Position numbers and translations under genes: made by a program. The notes under the pieces were generated by a model that made no database searches, was not told the origin of the DNA, and was given only the letters and a program-made list of their open reading frames with translations. From positions 52,648-116,647 of the forward strand of contig MCFH01000095.1 of the NCBI GenBank assembly GCA_002104945.1: a DNA stretch of 64,000 bases. The letters are read 5' to 3'. This document shows, piece after piece, positions 29,598 through 43,748 of this stretch (the stretch's first letter is position 1; each line of letters opens with the position of its first letter). This DNA comes from Piromyces finnis finn. Its lineage: Eukaryota > Fungi > Neocallimastigomycota.

Positions 29598-32500
29598 GTC
29601 ATTTATTTCATGCAATGTTTTGAGTTTCAAATATATAAAAATGTAACATTACAAATAACAATAGGAAAACCTATCATCAAGCATTTGAAGTTATTTATAA
29701 TGACATCAACTCTAAAATTGTCAGTATCTTTGACAGGGAGTTAGTTCCTTTTTTTTTTATTATTTTTAATCAGATATAGTTTCTAAATTAGATGAAAGAG
29801 TATGCTTCCATATACAAAATCCAAGTTATATACTTAAAGAATGAAAATCCTCACACCGATACTCACGAAAATTCGTATGCTTAAACAGAAAATGAAGAGC
29901 TTTCTCCTACAATAAGTAATAGTAGTAAAGTAATGGATGCTACTAATTGGAGTAAATATGAGGAAACATCCTATATTGAGGGAATAGAGTTGAATGGACA
30001 GAAAGGATTACAAAAATGCAAAACAATATTATATATATATATATATATAATATTGTTATGTAAACATGTGAAAAAATTTATGTTCCTTGCAATGTTGTTA
30101 ATACTATTACCAATATAATTTGTATTACTACCAAAATAATCTTACAAATACCATTTGTATATAACTCCTATTATTTCACCAATCACATCCACTACAAGTA
30201 GTATAATTAGTATTACTACAAAATCTATTGATATACAAACTTATTCCTTTAACATCTGAAAGTATTCAAAAATGGAAATTCAATTATTTTTTTTTTATTA
30301 AATATTATAAAGTTAGAAACATACGAATCTTTTGATATGAGAATATCAAACAGGGACTATACATAGTTTGTTACTTCAACTACAAATCCTTCCTATCTTT
30401 ATTTGAAAGTGATTCAAAAAAAATATTTAGAAATCCAATATATTATTATTTGAATGTAGATAACTTTGTTCATAATAAAAATAACAACTATAATAGTTGT
30501 AAAACAAATAATAATACTAATAATGTGTAAATCTATGATAATAATGATTTTATATAAATTTTAATCAATATATTTTTATATCTAATATTATTTTTAAAAG
30601 TTTTGTTTTGTGTTACAATTAAAAACTTTCCGTTTAAACAATTTTAAATTTGAAGAAGCCGTTAAAGATTTATATTAAAATTTCCAAATATGGAAAGTAG
30701 CTTCACATCATACGAATAAATTAATAATTTTATTTTCCGTGTTTTTTTTTTAAAGATATCTTTTTAAATAAATAAATGAAAAGAAACATCTCTTTATTAT
30801 TAAGGATACCTTTCTTTTTTTAAGAGTATATTTTTATTTTAATGGAAGGAAAGAATATACTATTTTATTAGTATTCCTATTTTATAAACTAGAGTAAATT
30901 TTATTTTTTATAATTCCAAAAAAAAAAAAAAGATGTGTATCAATTTGAAACCAATTTAAAGTTAAAGTATTAATAATATTTATATTTCAAAAAATTAAAA
31001 CACAGATCAAAAATATTGCTTTAATTTTTAAAAAAAAATATATATATAAATATATAAAAATAAAAATAATAACAATAGTAATAGCAATTAAAACAATAAT
31101 AATTAGAATAATGAATAATAGTTATAATTAAAATAATTAAAACATTCATAATTAGATTTTTATCCATTCAAAAACACAACAATATAAAATAACTATATCA
31201 TAATGGAAATTTATTCATTTTATGATTATATCTTTAATCAATATTATATTTCTTCTTTTTTTAAAAAAAAAAAACTATCAATCTTTTTTTTTGTCAGGGT
31301 AATAAAAAATAAAAAATCACCATATTCCTATTTTTTTATGGCTAAAAAAGTATGGTCATTTTCATAAATATAAAGTTATTATTGTTTCTATTGTTTCTAT
31401 TTCCCTTTTACTATTATTTATTAATTATTATTTATATTATTTTTTTTAATAATATTAATATATTAATAATATATAATGTCAATTTATTTAATTAAATTGG
31501 ATTTAATTACAATTTTATAAACATTTTTTGAAATTTAATTTTAATTAAATTTTTTTAATTATATTATATTTTATATATATTACATTATACTTTTAATATA
31601 AATAAAAAATAGAAGATTCGAAATAGAATATTTTATTTGTAACACAATTATTAACAATTTATTTTCTTTAAAGATCTCCACAATGAAGAATTAATTAAAA
31701 ATTTAATATTATTCAAATTAAATTTAATAATAATTAAGTTTTATTATTATTTAAAGTTATGTTCCTGTTAATGTTTTTATAATAAATAAAATTTAATTTT
31801 TAAATTAATTAAATTAATTTTTTATTTGTTGGTTTAAGAAATAAAAAAAAAAAGGCAGCAATCAATATCAAAAGTTTAAAAAAAATAAATTATATAACTA
31901 TATATACTATGATAATATGTGTTATTTTTGAAAGTTTTTATGTAGAATCAAAAGGTTTTTTATTTTTGAAAGGTTTTATGTAGAATCAAAAGGTTTTTTA
32001 TTTTTGAAAGGCTTTTATATTATAGACTTTGTATAAAAAACATTTTATACAAGATCTATGATATAAAATGTTTTTTAGTAGAAATTATAAAATAATTTAT
32101 TTAAATAGAAAAGATGTCATTTTCTGTTTATTCTACACAATAATGCTTAATACTTCTTACAACCTTTTCACTGCATATAAAGGATATACAAAATTTAAAA
32201 AAATTTCTATACATTTTAAACCCACAAATATTTCTACTATTCCCTACACTATAATAAAACTTTTATTAAAAAGTTTTATTAGGAAAAGTTTTTTTTTAAA
32301 ATATTTAATATATACTTTATTATTTATTTTACAAATCCTTTTTTTTCTATTTATTTAGTTAAAAAAAGGTAAATTATTAAGTATGAACAATTATTTTTAT
32401 ATCTATTCAATAGATATAGAAAAATAATTTTATATTTATATATATATAATGATAATGAGGATAAATATAAAAGTTTTATATAAACATATTAAATGGTATT

Positions 32501-32700
32501 ATTGATTAAATACATGATTTTTTTTTTATTTCTTTAAAGAAAAATAGTTTAAAATAAATACTGAATAATATTTAATAAATAATGATGACCATGTATTTAT
32601 TTAAAACTATTATCTTTTTTTAATTATTCTTTTTTTTTTTTTTTTTTAATTTTCTCTCCTAAAAAAATAGAATATACTAAAATTTCCAATATTAGAAAAT

Positions 32701-33741
32701 TTAAGCTTGGACACCAGCTCTGTTTCTAACTAACCAACTGTAGAAGTTTTCAGTAGCATAAGTTTCACCAGAATAGTTGTATTCATTAATGTAAATAATC
32801 CAGTTTCTTGGATCAGGATATTTAGTACCACTACTATATTTGGATTCAATGACCTTACTTTGTTCATCAGAAGTCTTATAAATGGTTCTGTAACTGGAGT
32901 TTTTGGAAAAGGAAGTGTTAATAATGTCAACATTGTACCACTTCTTGTTAGTTTTAGTATTAAATCTAGTGTAAACATAGTTCCAACTGTAGTAACCGTT
33001 GTCACCACCAACATGAACATCATTGTATTGGTAACCCATGTTACGAGCAAGAATACGGAAAGCTCTAGCAATACCATTAGTGCTACCAGACTTTAAAGCT
33101 AAAACAACAGCAACATTGTCTTTGTAGGCAACCTTATCATTAACACCAAAGTTTTCCTTAACCTTGACAGCAAGATTAAATAAATCCTTGTTGAAATCGT
33201 AAGGAGTAGCATTAGTGTAATCCTTACCAATTGGTAAATTCCATTGATTAAGTAATTTCTTAGCATAGTCATTAACTAAATTTGGAACACCCTTACCAGA
33301 AAAGTTAATATAAGTGTTAAGGCCATCAAAAGCACCAGCATCAGCGGTAACCTTGTCAGTATCTAATTGAAGAGATCTAAGGTTCTTAGCATTGTAGAAA
33401 GCACTTGGAGAAATATTAATAGATTCAATAAATCTATCGTTGGTGTAGGCATCCTTTTCATTAACAACAATAGTTCTAGCATCACTGTGAGAGAAGGCAG
33501 CAGTACCAATTTGGTTGACGTAATATCTTTTTCCATTGTAGACAACATATGGATTAACAGAGAAAGATGTTCTTTTTTCGTTAACAACACCAGTAATGGT
33601 AGCCTTCATGTTGTCATCAGAAAGCCAGTAACGGAAAACACCATCACTGAAGTTGATTGGAATACTTAAAACAGCGCTAACGCTAAGGAGAGCAAAACTA
33701 AATAAACTGAAAAGTTTCATTTTTACTTTTTTTTTTTTCAA
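32701..33741 (-). CDS. Secreted protein with BspA-type LRR N-terminus and transglutaminase-like domain (copy 1; likely start at the second Met, MKLFS)
   Basis: Signal peptide; FRY..KATITGV..V.YNGKRYYVNQIGTAAF (BspA/LRR_5-like); GIARAFRILARNMG..WNYVY..WYNVD (transglutaminase-like); intronless with strong codon bias. Confidence 0.8.
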   Translation of the reverse strand: MKKKKVKMKLFSLFSFALLSVSAVLSIPINFSDGVFRYWLSDDNMKATITGVVNEKRTSFSVNPYVVYNGKRYYVNQIGTAAFSHSDARTIVVNEKDAYTNDRFIESINISPSAFYNAKNLRSLQLDTDKVTADAGAFDGLNTYINFSGKGVPNLVNDYAKKLLNQWNLPIGKDYTNATPYDFNKDLFNLAVKVKENFGVNDKVAYKDNVAVVLALKSGSTNGIARAFRILARNMGYQYNDVHVGGDNGYYSWNYVYTRFNTKTNKKWYNVDIINTSFSKNSSYRTIYKTSDEQSKVIESKYSSGTKYPDPRNWIIYINEYNYSGETYATENFYSWLVRNRAGVQA

Positions 33742-35379
33742 AAAAAATTACTATTATACAATAATAATTTCGTTGTAAAGTTTAAAAAATACATAAATTT
33801 TAAGTTTATTTATATTTTTTTTTAATGTTAGATTTTTAATTTAGTAATTTATATTTAATTTAAAAATAATAAATGAATAAATTAATTTATAATAATAATT
33901 AAGATTATTATTATCCATTTTAGAAATTTGAAATTCTTTCTAATTTTTATAATAAATAAAGTTTGGGTTTTAGAATATTAAATAAATTAATTTTTTTAAT
34001 AACAATTTTGTTACATTTAAAAACAATAATAATATTAAATAATAGAAAAAAAATTTAATAAAAAAATTAAAAAAGTTTAATTATTAAAAAAAAAAAAAAT
34101 TAATTAATTCAATAAAGTTTATATTATTATACTAATAATACTAATAATAATACTTTATAATACTTTTTACTATTTAATAATATTATTATCTAATGCGTTA
34201 TTTAACCATAATAATACTTTCTACGATTTAATACTAACTACTATTTAATAATAAATGCTTTAAAGTTTTAATTCAATACATTGTATTAAATGGTTTTAGT
34301 ATTATTATCAAGTATTAAATTGATGTATACTTTTATTTTAATACAATAATAATAATAATAATAATAATAATATACCTAATTATTTTCTATTTATATTGTT
34401 ATTAGAATTATAATTAGTACTGCCATCCATCTTTTTTTTTTTTAATAAAATCAAAGTATACTTTTGTTATTCCCACTTTTTTAAATCAAAAGAATTTGAC
34501 ATTCCTTCATTTCTTTTACGATTTAAATATCTTTTTTAATATGAAAATGAAAATGTGTTGTGTTGTTGTGTTTATTAAATAAAATGCAGTTTCTTTTTTT
34601 TTTTTTGAACTTTTTAATTAAAATTAAAAATTAAATTTAATATAAAAGAAAACACAAAATGAATAAAAAGTGGGAAATTTTTAATGAAAAGAAAGAGAAA
34701 AATAAAAAAATTGCTATTGATACTTGACAAAAAATTTAAATATAAATTAGTAAAAAAAAAAAAAAAGGAAAAGAAATAATAATGATAATAAGGATAATCA
34801 CTTTTATCCAAAAAATTACCATAATAAAAAAATTCCTTTTTTTTTTTGGTTGTGGTCCATTTTTGGCCAAAAAGTTAATTTTTCCCAGTAAAAAGGTTAG
34901 GTTAGTTCAAAACATAAATACTATCCTCTAACAACTATAATATCTTTTTTTCACTTGTACTCTTTGGGCACTAATTTTTAATTAGCCCATTTTTAAAATA
35001 TATAAAATAATAAAAAAAGAAAACTATACACACAAACTTTTATTCAAAAGTTTTATTAGGAAAAGTTTTTTTTTTAAATATTTAATATATACTTTATTAT
35101 TTATTTCATAAATTCTTTTTTTTTTTCTATCTATTTAGTTAAAAAAAAAAAAAAAGGTAAATTATTAAGTATGAACAATTATTTTTATATCTATTCAATA
35201 GATATAGAAAAATAATTTTATATTTATAGATAAATATATGGTTTTAATAAGATATATAATATTTTTTTAATGTTACATGTTACATAGTTATAATTAAATA
35301 CATTTATGATAATTTTATTTTTAATAATTTTTTTCTTTGTCTCCTTATAAAAATACTAAAATTTCCAATATTAGAAAAT

Positions 35380-36387
35380 TTAAGCTTGGACACCAGCTCT
35401 GTTTCTAACTAACCAACTGTAGAAGTTTTCAGTAATTTGGTCAGAGTAAAGCTTTTCACCGTAGTAACCGTATTCGTTAACGTAGATAATCCAGTTATCA
35501 ACATTAGCATATGGACTGTCATTACCGAATTTAGAAGCAATAAACATTCTTTGACTGTACTTGGTTCTGAAAATGGAATTAACACTAGAGTTCTTGTTGA
35601 AGTTAGTGTTAAGAATATCAACATTGTACCACTTCTTGTTACTGTTATCATCTAATCTGGTGTAAACGTAGTTCCAGTTGTAGTAACCGTTGTCACCACC
35701 AACATGAACATCATTGTATTTGTAACCCATAGTACGAGCAAGCATACGGAAAGCTCTAGCAATACCAGTGTTACCACCACTCTTTAAAGCTAAGACAACA
35801 GCAACATTATCTTTAGCAGCAACTTTATCATAGTGAGAGAAGTTTTCCTTAACCTTGACAGCAAGTTTAAATAAATCCTTGTTGAAAGTGTAAGCACTAA
35901 CATTAGTGTAATCCTTACCAACTGGTAAATTCCACTTTTGAAGTAACTTCTTAGAATAGTCTTCAACTAAACTTGGAACACCCTTACCAGAAAAAGTAGC
36001 GTACTTGGTAAGACCATCAAAAGCATCAACATCAGCGAAAACATGACCAACATTTAATATAATATCCTTAAGATATGGAGCATTTTCAAAACACTTGCTG
36101 GCAAAAGTAATTTGATCATCATGGTTAATAGTAATACTTCTGACCATACTACCATCAAAAGCATTTGAACCAATCTTTTCAAGAACATATTTGTAACTAC
36201 CATTTCTGGATTGAGCATATGGACCAATAGAGTATTGATCCATGTTCTTGTCTCTGACACTAACAAGAGTAGCCTTGTTGTTCTTAAGAGAGTAGCAGAA
36301 AGCTATATCACAGAAATCATAGGCTGGAGCACTGAAGACAGCACTGACGCTGAGGAGAGCAAAAGATAATAAACTAAAAAGTTTCAT
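35380..36387 (-). CDS. Secreted BspA-LRR/transglutaminase-like protein (copy 2)
   Basis: 335-aa intact ORF, paralog of 32701-33741 with the same C-terminus TENFYSWLVRNRAGVQA. Confidence 0.85.
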   Translation of the reverse strand: MKLFSLLSFALLSVSAVFSAPAYDFCDIAFCYSLKNNKATLVSVRDKNMDQYSIGPYAQSRNGSYKYVLEKIGSNAFDGSMVRSITINHDDQITFASKCFENAPYLKDIILNVGHVFADVDAFDGLTKYATFSGKGVPSLVEDYSKKLLQKWNLPVGKDYTNVSAYTFNKDLFKLAVKVKENFSHYDKVAAKDNVAVVLALKSGGNTGIARAFRMLARTMGYKYNDVHVGGDNGYYNWNYVYTRLDDNSNKKWYNVDILNTNFNKNSSVNSIFRTKYSQRMFIASKFGNDSPYANVDNWIIYVNEYGYYGEKLYSDQITENFYSWLVRNRAGVQA

Positions 36388-37204
36388 TTTTTTTTTTTTT
36401 TAGATACTATTTATTATTATTAATTAATAATAATTTTGTTGTAAAGAAAATAAAAAATTTGGGAAATTTTCTGATGTATTTATACTTTTCTTTTTCTCCA
36501 TAATTATCATTATTAGTTTCAATAATGACTTTTTTATAATAAATAAAGTTTGACATTTAATTAAAAAATTTAATATAATTTTTTTTTTTGTATTGTACAT
36601 AATATTATAATTACCTTTATACCTTGCTAAAAGTTTATTGGCTACTTTTTTTAAAAATAAAAATGAAGAAAGTGTTATATTATTCATTTCACCATATAGT
36701 ATTATAGTATCATAAAGAATATTTCATTAGTAATTCTTTCAATTACATGTAAATGTTACCTATATTACAACTACCATTTTTATTTTCTATAAAAAATCTT
36801 TTTTAATTATTCACTTTTAAAATATATAAAATAATAAAAAAAGAAAACTATACACACAAACTTTTATTCAAAAGTTTTATTAGGAAAAGTTTTTTTTTTT
36901 AAATATTTAATATATACTTTATTATTTATTTCATAAATTCTTTTTTTTTTTCTATCTATTTAGTTAAAAAAAAAAAAAAAGGTAAATTATTAAGTATGAA
37001 CAATTATTTTTATATCTATTCAATAGATATAGAAAAATAATTTTATATTTATAGATAAATATATGGTTTTAATAAGATATATAATATTTTTTTAATGTTA
37101 CATGTTACATAGTTATAATTAAATACATTTATGATAATTTTATTTTTAATAATTTTTTTCTTTGTCTCCTTATAAAAATACTAAAATTTCCAATATTAGA
37201 AAAT

Positions 37205-38212
37205 TTAAGCTTGGACACCAGCTCTGTTTCTAACTAACCAACTGTAGAAGTTTTCAGTAATTTGGTCAGAGTAAAGCTTTTCACCGTAGTAACCGTATTC
37301 GTTAACGTAGATAATCCAGTTATCAACATTAGCATATGGACTGTCATTACCGAATTTAGAAGCAATAAACATTCTTTGACTGTACTTGGTTCTGAAAATG
37401 GAATTAACACTAGAGTTCTTGTTGAAGTTAGTGTTAAGAATATCAACATTGTACCACTTCTTGTTACTGTTATCATCTAATCTGGTGTAAACGTAGTTCC
37501 AGTTGTAGTAACCGTTGTCACCACCAACATGAACATCATTGTATTTGTAACCCATAGTACGAGCAAGCATACGGAAAGCTCTAGCAATACCAGTGTTACC
37601 ACCACTCTTTAAAGCTAAGACAACAGCAACATTATCTTTAGCAGCAACTTTATCATAGTGAGAGAAGTTTTCCTTAACCTTGACAGCAAGTTTAAATAAA
37701 TCCTTGTTGAAAGTGTAAGCACTAACATTAGTGTAATCCTTACCAACTGGTAAATTCCACTTTTGAAGTAACTTCTTAGAATAGTCTTCAACTAAACTTG
37801 GAACACCCTTACCAGAAAAAGTAGCGTACTTGGTAAGACCATCAAAAGCATCAACATCAGCGAAAACATGACCAACATTTAATATAATATCCTTAAGATA
37901 TGGAGCATTTTCAAAACACTTGCTGGCAAAAGTAATTTGATCATCATGGTTAATAGTAATACTTCTGACCATACTACCATCAAAAGCATTTGAACCAATC
38001 TTTTCAAGAACATATTTGTAACTACCATTTCTGGATTGAGCATATGGACCAATAGAGTATTGATCCATGTTCTTGTCTCTGACACTAACAAGAGTAGCCT
38101 TGTTGTTCTTAAGAGAGTAGCAGAAAGCTATATCACAGAAATCATAGGCTGGAGCACTGAAAACAGCACTGACGCTGAGGAGAGCAAAAGATAATAAACT
38201 AAAAAGTTTCAT
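37205..38212 (-). CDS. Secreted BspA-LRR/transglutaminase-like protein (copy 3, protein identical to copy 2)
   Basis: Identical 335-aa translation; one synonymous difference seen by eye near the 5' end. Confidence 0.85.
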   Translation of the reverse strand: MKLFSLLSFALLSVSAVFSAPAYDFCDIAFCYSLKNNKATLVSVRDKNMDQYSIGPYAQSRNGSYKYVLEKIGSNAFDGSMVRSITINHDDQITFASKCFENAPYLKDIILNVGHVFADVDAFDGLTKYATFSGKGVPSLVEDYSKKLLQKWNLPVGKDYTNVSAYTFNKDLFKLAVKVKENFSHYDKVAAKDNVAVVLALKSGGNTGIARAFRMLARTMGYKYNDVHVGGDNGYYNWNYVYTRLDDNSNKKWYNVDILNTNFNKNSSVNSIFRTKYSQRMFIASKFGNDSPYANVDNWIIYVNEYGYYGEKLYSDQITENFYSWLVRNRAGVQA

Positions 38213-41200
38213 TTTTTTTTTTTAGATACTATTTATTATTATTAATTAATAATAATTTTGTTGTTAAAAAAAAAAAAGTAATATGTAAGGACAAAATCCA
38301 GGTATATTTATATTTTTTTTACTATTATTACAACTTTATAATTAGTATTAATATATTTATACATATATATTTATATATACATATTTTTTTTTTTTTGTAT
38401 ACACAAGCATAATGCTTATTTTTTTTTCCATTAGGTGAATGTAAATAAAACTTTAAATGATAATAAAAAATTTTATAAATTAAATTATCATTCATCATAT
38501 ATTCCACTATACAATAATAAATGGAAAGAATAAATAAATCTTTATAATTAATAAAAATCTTTAGTGTTTATTGTTTGTTTCAATTTTAACCTCATCAATG
38601 TTAAACAAAAAATTAATTAAATTAATATAAATTTTATTTATTTATATTTATATATATTTATATATATTTATATATATTTATATATATTATTGTATATAAT
38701 ATTAAATGGGTATATAAATTAAATTATATTTCAATATAGATAATAATTTATATATCAATGGATCACTCTATTGTATAAATAATAAAAAAAAAAAAGATAA
38801 ATTTTTAATAATTATCATAATAATGTTAGAAATTTATCTTTAATTATTTTTATAGTGAATAAAGTTTATTTTGTGTACTTTTAATTTATTTTATAATAAA
38901 TAAACTACAATTTAATATGCTTTTATAAAAAAGTTTTTAATTTATTTATTATTAATTAATTTCATCTTTATTTGTTATATTAAATAAAATTAATTTTCTT
39001 TTCTATAGTTTATTTAATAATAAATAAAGTTTATTGCCATTAAAAAAAATTATTTCATTCAATGGCTGACCAATAGATTTATTCCATTTTTTATTTGTTT
39101 AAATTAATTTTGTATTTTCATTTTATTAATAAAAAAAAAGATATTATTATCCATTTAAAATTTATTATTAAATAAAGTTTTAATTTTTAATTAAATTTTT
39201 TAAAAAAAATGTTTAAAAAAAAAAGAAAATCAAACATCCATAAATAAAAAGAATTTTTAAAAGAAAATACTTTTAACCTTTTTTATTATTAATATAAATA
39301 TATAAAAAGATATATTGAACAAAGGACTTTTAATATATTGATAAATAATAAAAATAAAATGTTATCTTTTAAATCTTTATTATTTCTATTAATTTATTTT
39401 ATATGCATGAAATGCAGTTTCAAATAAAAAAAGTTATTGCTTTCTTTGCTAGTATTCACAATTAAAAACACTTTTTTTTGCAAATTAAAAAAAACATTAA
39501 TAAAAAAGTTTTTTATACTTTCAGAATTTTCTAAAAAAGTTTTTTAAAAATTAATATTAAATAAGGAATAATAATAGCTTTTAATTATTATTATTATTAT
39601 AATTTAATATACATACGCAAAATAATAAAAGACAAGACAATTAAAGAGAAAATGCCATAAACCTTTCATTCCTAACCAAAATACTATAAAATGTTATGCC
39701 ATGGTATTGTAAATACTAATTCCTTTAAATGTTTATTTTTTATTAAAATAAAATGCTGTATATTTGGGGATGTCTATCTTTTCTCAAAAAGTAATATTAT
39801 AATTATAATAGTAATAGTAGTAGTTACTTTATTTTGTTTGTTTATTTATTAATAAAAGGATGACTTTATGATCGAATAATATAATACAACATCATCATTT
39901 ATTTATTATTGATGTTTTACATTTAATGTCTTTGTTTTAACCTCAAATCTTTTTTTTTTATTGATATTCCTCCACAATACTAATCTTAATTTATTTAATT
40001 AAAACAATTTTAACCAATAGGATTTTACTTTTAAACATTAATTTATATTGAAAATTTCCGTTATTTTAGAAAATTAAAAATTAATTTAATAACAATTTAA
40101 TTTAATTATTAATTAATTTTAAATAAAGTGTAACTTTCTCTTAATAAAAAAATAATTTATTTTATAATAAATAATAAATAATAAATATTAATATTGAATA
40201 ATAAATAAGTATTAATAATAAATAATATATATTATTATTATAATTACACATTATTAAATACTTTTAAGTATACTTTTTTTTTTATTAATAAAGGAGATTA
40301 TTAATAAAGTAGTATAGAAATAATCTTTTTTTTTATAACTATAAAAGTATCATTGTAAAAGATTCTATTAACAATTATTAATTGAAAAAGATATCAATAG
40401 TAAAAATTGTCAATATATTATCCATTTTCTCTTTCTTCATTTCAATTGAAAGCTTAAAGTAAAAAAAAATGATAGTCCTATACAAAAATAGCATAAATAA
40501 AAAAAGAAAAAAGAAAATGGCTAAACAACTCTATTCCTGGTGGATTCATTAATTGTTAAAGTTGTTATTATTTTGTTTATTTTTTTTATTAAAAATGTTT
40601 TACATTTTACGAAATTCTTATTTTATTGGAAAAAAAAAAAAAAAAAAGATTAGAATTAAATAATAAAAAAGTTTATATTCATTTGTATCTTTTAAATGAA
40701 CCTTTCTCTTGCATAAATACTTTTATAAAGTAAGAGTTAAAAAAAAGATATTATCAAATCTATATTTAAAAAGAAAGGCACGGATAAAAAAAAAATCATT
40801 AATTTTCTTTTTTAATACTGGCAACATACCATTTAAATGCTATCTATCAATTATTTAGTTAATCCTTTTTTGTTGATTTGTTAGTATATTTAAAAAAAAA
40901 AAAAAAACGTTCTTTATATGGAAAATATTCCTATAGCCAATTTGAATTAGTAAAGATTATTTAAAAAAAATTCAAATAATTCATATTCTTAAAGTATTCT
41001 TTATATTGAAAAAGAATTTAATAGTAATAAAATAAATAATGTTGAGTTGACATTTAAGTCTGATAATTGTTTTTAATGAATTTCTTTTTTTTTTTTTTAG
41101 TTATATAAAGCTAAATGTAAATGTATTGTTTAAACGCGTAGCATCATAATCTCTCAATACTATAAATGTTGGAATTCATTAAATAAATATTCATTTTATT

Positions 41201-42037
41201 AATTAATAATGACATTCCCATAATAAAAAAAATACTTATTCAATTTCTACCTTAATTTCTATATTAATTTCTATTTTTTTCACATCAATAAAAATAAAAC
41301 ATTTATACAGAAATAATTCCATTATTGAATTTTTAAAGTTACTTATCACAAATAATAAATAATTTGATTTTTATATAAAATAAAGTTCATTTTCCAAAAA
41401 TTAATCATCTAATGGTGTTACATTATAATGTGTAACTCTTTTGACAATGGTAACACCAAACAAACAAAATAAATGATTTTATATTAAAAATAAATTAATA
41501 ATTTCATTTATTTTTAAAGGGAAAGTTACTTTTTTTTTATGGTAAAAAAAAAAAGTATGTTGGTTGGTAGTCATCATACCTAATTAAATAGACTTTACTA
41601 ACTTTAACAATTACAAAAGACAAAATGTAAATTTAAAAGAATAATAAAATATAATCATGAACATACAAATACCTATAAATAATAATTTTAATGGTATATA
41701 TTTCATTAGAGTAAAAGGTGATTATAAAGGATACAAAAAAAAAAAAAGGTAATGATATTGTAGAAAAAAAAATGACTGTAACTATTGTTATGATGCAATG
41801 GGAGATTAAAATTTATGTTGTTGTTTTTATATATAATCAATAGAAATGACATCATATTTGAAATGGCATCTACTAAATAAACTAAATAAAAAAAGTCAAT
41901 TAAAAAGACAAAAAAAAAACTCTTTTTGTAACTGAAAAGAAATAACTCTTTTAATATTTTTATGTGTGTGTATGAGAATGTTTTTTTTTTTTTTTTTTTT
42001 TTTTTTGTGTTCTTTTTTTGTGGTTGTTTATTCATTT

Positions 42038-42073
<36 letters not shown>

Positions 42074-43640
42074 CTTTTTAATTCACTTTTTTTTTTATTT
42101 ATTTATTAAATTATCCCAAATAATTTATCTTTTCAAAAAAAAAAATTAATTAAAAAAAAAATTCTCCAAAAAACAGAAAATTTAAAAAATATTATTAGAA
42201 TATTATAAAAAGTATTGAAAGGTTTTACCAAGTTATATAAATATTATTATAAAGAATTAAATAATAGAATATTATCAAGTATTGAATTGTTATTCCAAAG
42301 TGAATATTATCAAGTATTAAATTGTTATTCCAAAGTAATAGAATATTTAATATTCTTCAATTTTATTTACTATAAAATAATATAAATATTATTTTAATTT
42401 GAATTTTAATATTCTATTAATATTCTAATGTGATAAATCATAAAAATAATATATATTATAACGCCAAAGATAAATATTCATATCAAGTAATTTCTCTTTT
42501 ATAGTGTATTATTTAACATTTCTAATTGGTATGCCCTTGTATTGAATAAACATATATTGAAATTTTTAAAGTAATATCTATTATGAACTTTTTGTTGAAT
42601 TAAATAATTATTCATTCATATCCCTTTATATTTTTAAATCATAAAAAATAACTAAACCTTTACTATATTAAAAATGTATAATTCATAAAATTCTATCAAT
42701 GTAATGCAAAAAAAAAAAAAAAGTTTCTCATTTTAAAAGAAACAAAAAACTATAATCGTTAATAATAGCTAACCTTTCAAGTAGTATAATTTCAATATTA
42801 TAATAATAATCCTATTGAATTTTCAGATAAAAATGAAAATTTAATATATTTATGTTATTTATAATTATAGGTATATAAGAAATAAAATTAAATATTTATC
42901 TAATAAATGTTTTAATGATTATTGTGGTTTTAATGATAAAATACTAATAGTTCATTATGATTATGATGGTATATATAAAAATATATTATGTAGATTTTCC
43001 TATATGCATTGTGGTAAAGCATGGCGGAATACATATCAAATAAATGATATGTATTTTTCTTTTATCTATTTCAAGTCTTAAACCTAGGAATATGTTATCA
43101 TGATATCATGTAATTTAATTGCATAATAATATTTTCATTTTAGGTTTAACTTCGTCCTTTCCAAGAATTTAAAAATATTTTCATTTTATATAAAAATACT
43201 TTTTATGGTATAAAAACATTAAATATCTATATACTAAGATAAAAGATATTTCATTGGCAGCCTCATCTTCCCACGGATATTAAAAACAATATTAACCTAT
43301 TAAAATTATAATCAAATGCCTTTTTGAGGCTAAATAATTTTTGCATTAGCTGGTGGATTTATCTTAATCCATAGGGTACAACCGCCAAGAATAGAATCTC
43401 TATAAATATGCTAGGGTATATACAGTGTCGAATCAGAAACTTTATGTATTGTTATTTATAACAATTTCAATAAACATTAATATATACATTCAAATTAATA
43501 AAATTAATGTTTTGTTATCTAAATACTTTTATTTTCTTTATCTTTTATTGTTAATAATAATAGTATAATTCAAAACTAAATTGTTAGATTAACTCTTTCA
43601 TCAAAATAATAAATATAATAAGAAATAATAAATAATAAAT

Positions 43641-43748
43641 AGTAATAGTAATAGTAATAGTAATAGTAATAGTAATAGTAATAGTAATAGTAATAGTAAT
43701 AGTAATAGTAATAGTAATAGTAATAGTAATAGTAATAGTAATAGTAAT
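43641..43748. repeat. (AGTAAT)n hexanucleotide microsatellite
   Basis: Direct reading. Confidence 0.97.

Larger units (their letters stand above)
34991..38264. repeat. Near-identical ~1.45 kb direct duplication (34991-36442 and 36815-38264)
   Basis: CDS, ~390 bp downstream and ~55 bp upstream are shared almost base for base, apart from homopolymer lengths. Confidence 0.93.

Noticed and set aside
29700-30240. Short coding-like fragments including the 61-aa ORF at 29933
   Set aside because: No coherent frame, splice model or motif.
31921-32015. ~38-bp unit repeated 2.5 times (also a 35-bp duplicate at ~42267-42335) as CRISPR-like arrays
   Set aside because: Head-to-tail repeats with no unique spacers, no cas genes, eukaryotic context.
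32730-38091. Alternative-frame and antisense ORFs overlapping the three secreted-protein genes (likewise 2443-2879, 50531-51219, 52803-53027)
   Set aside because: Shadows of codon-biased real CDSs.
43000-43450. Coding-like patch on the minus strand (possible membrane-protein remnant)
   Set aside because: Too many stops and no recognisable motif.
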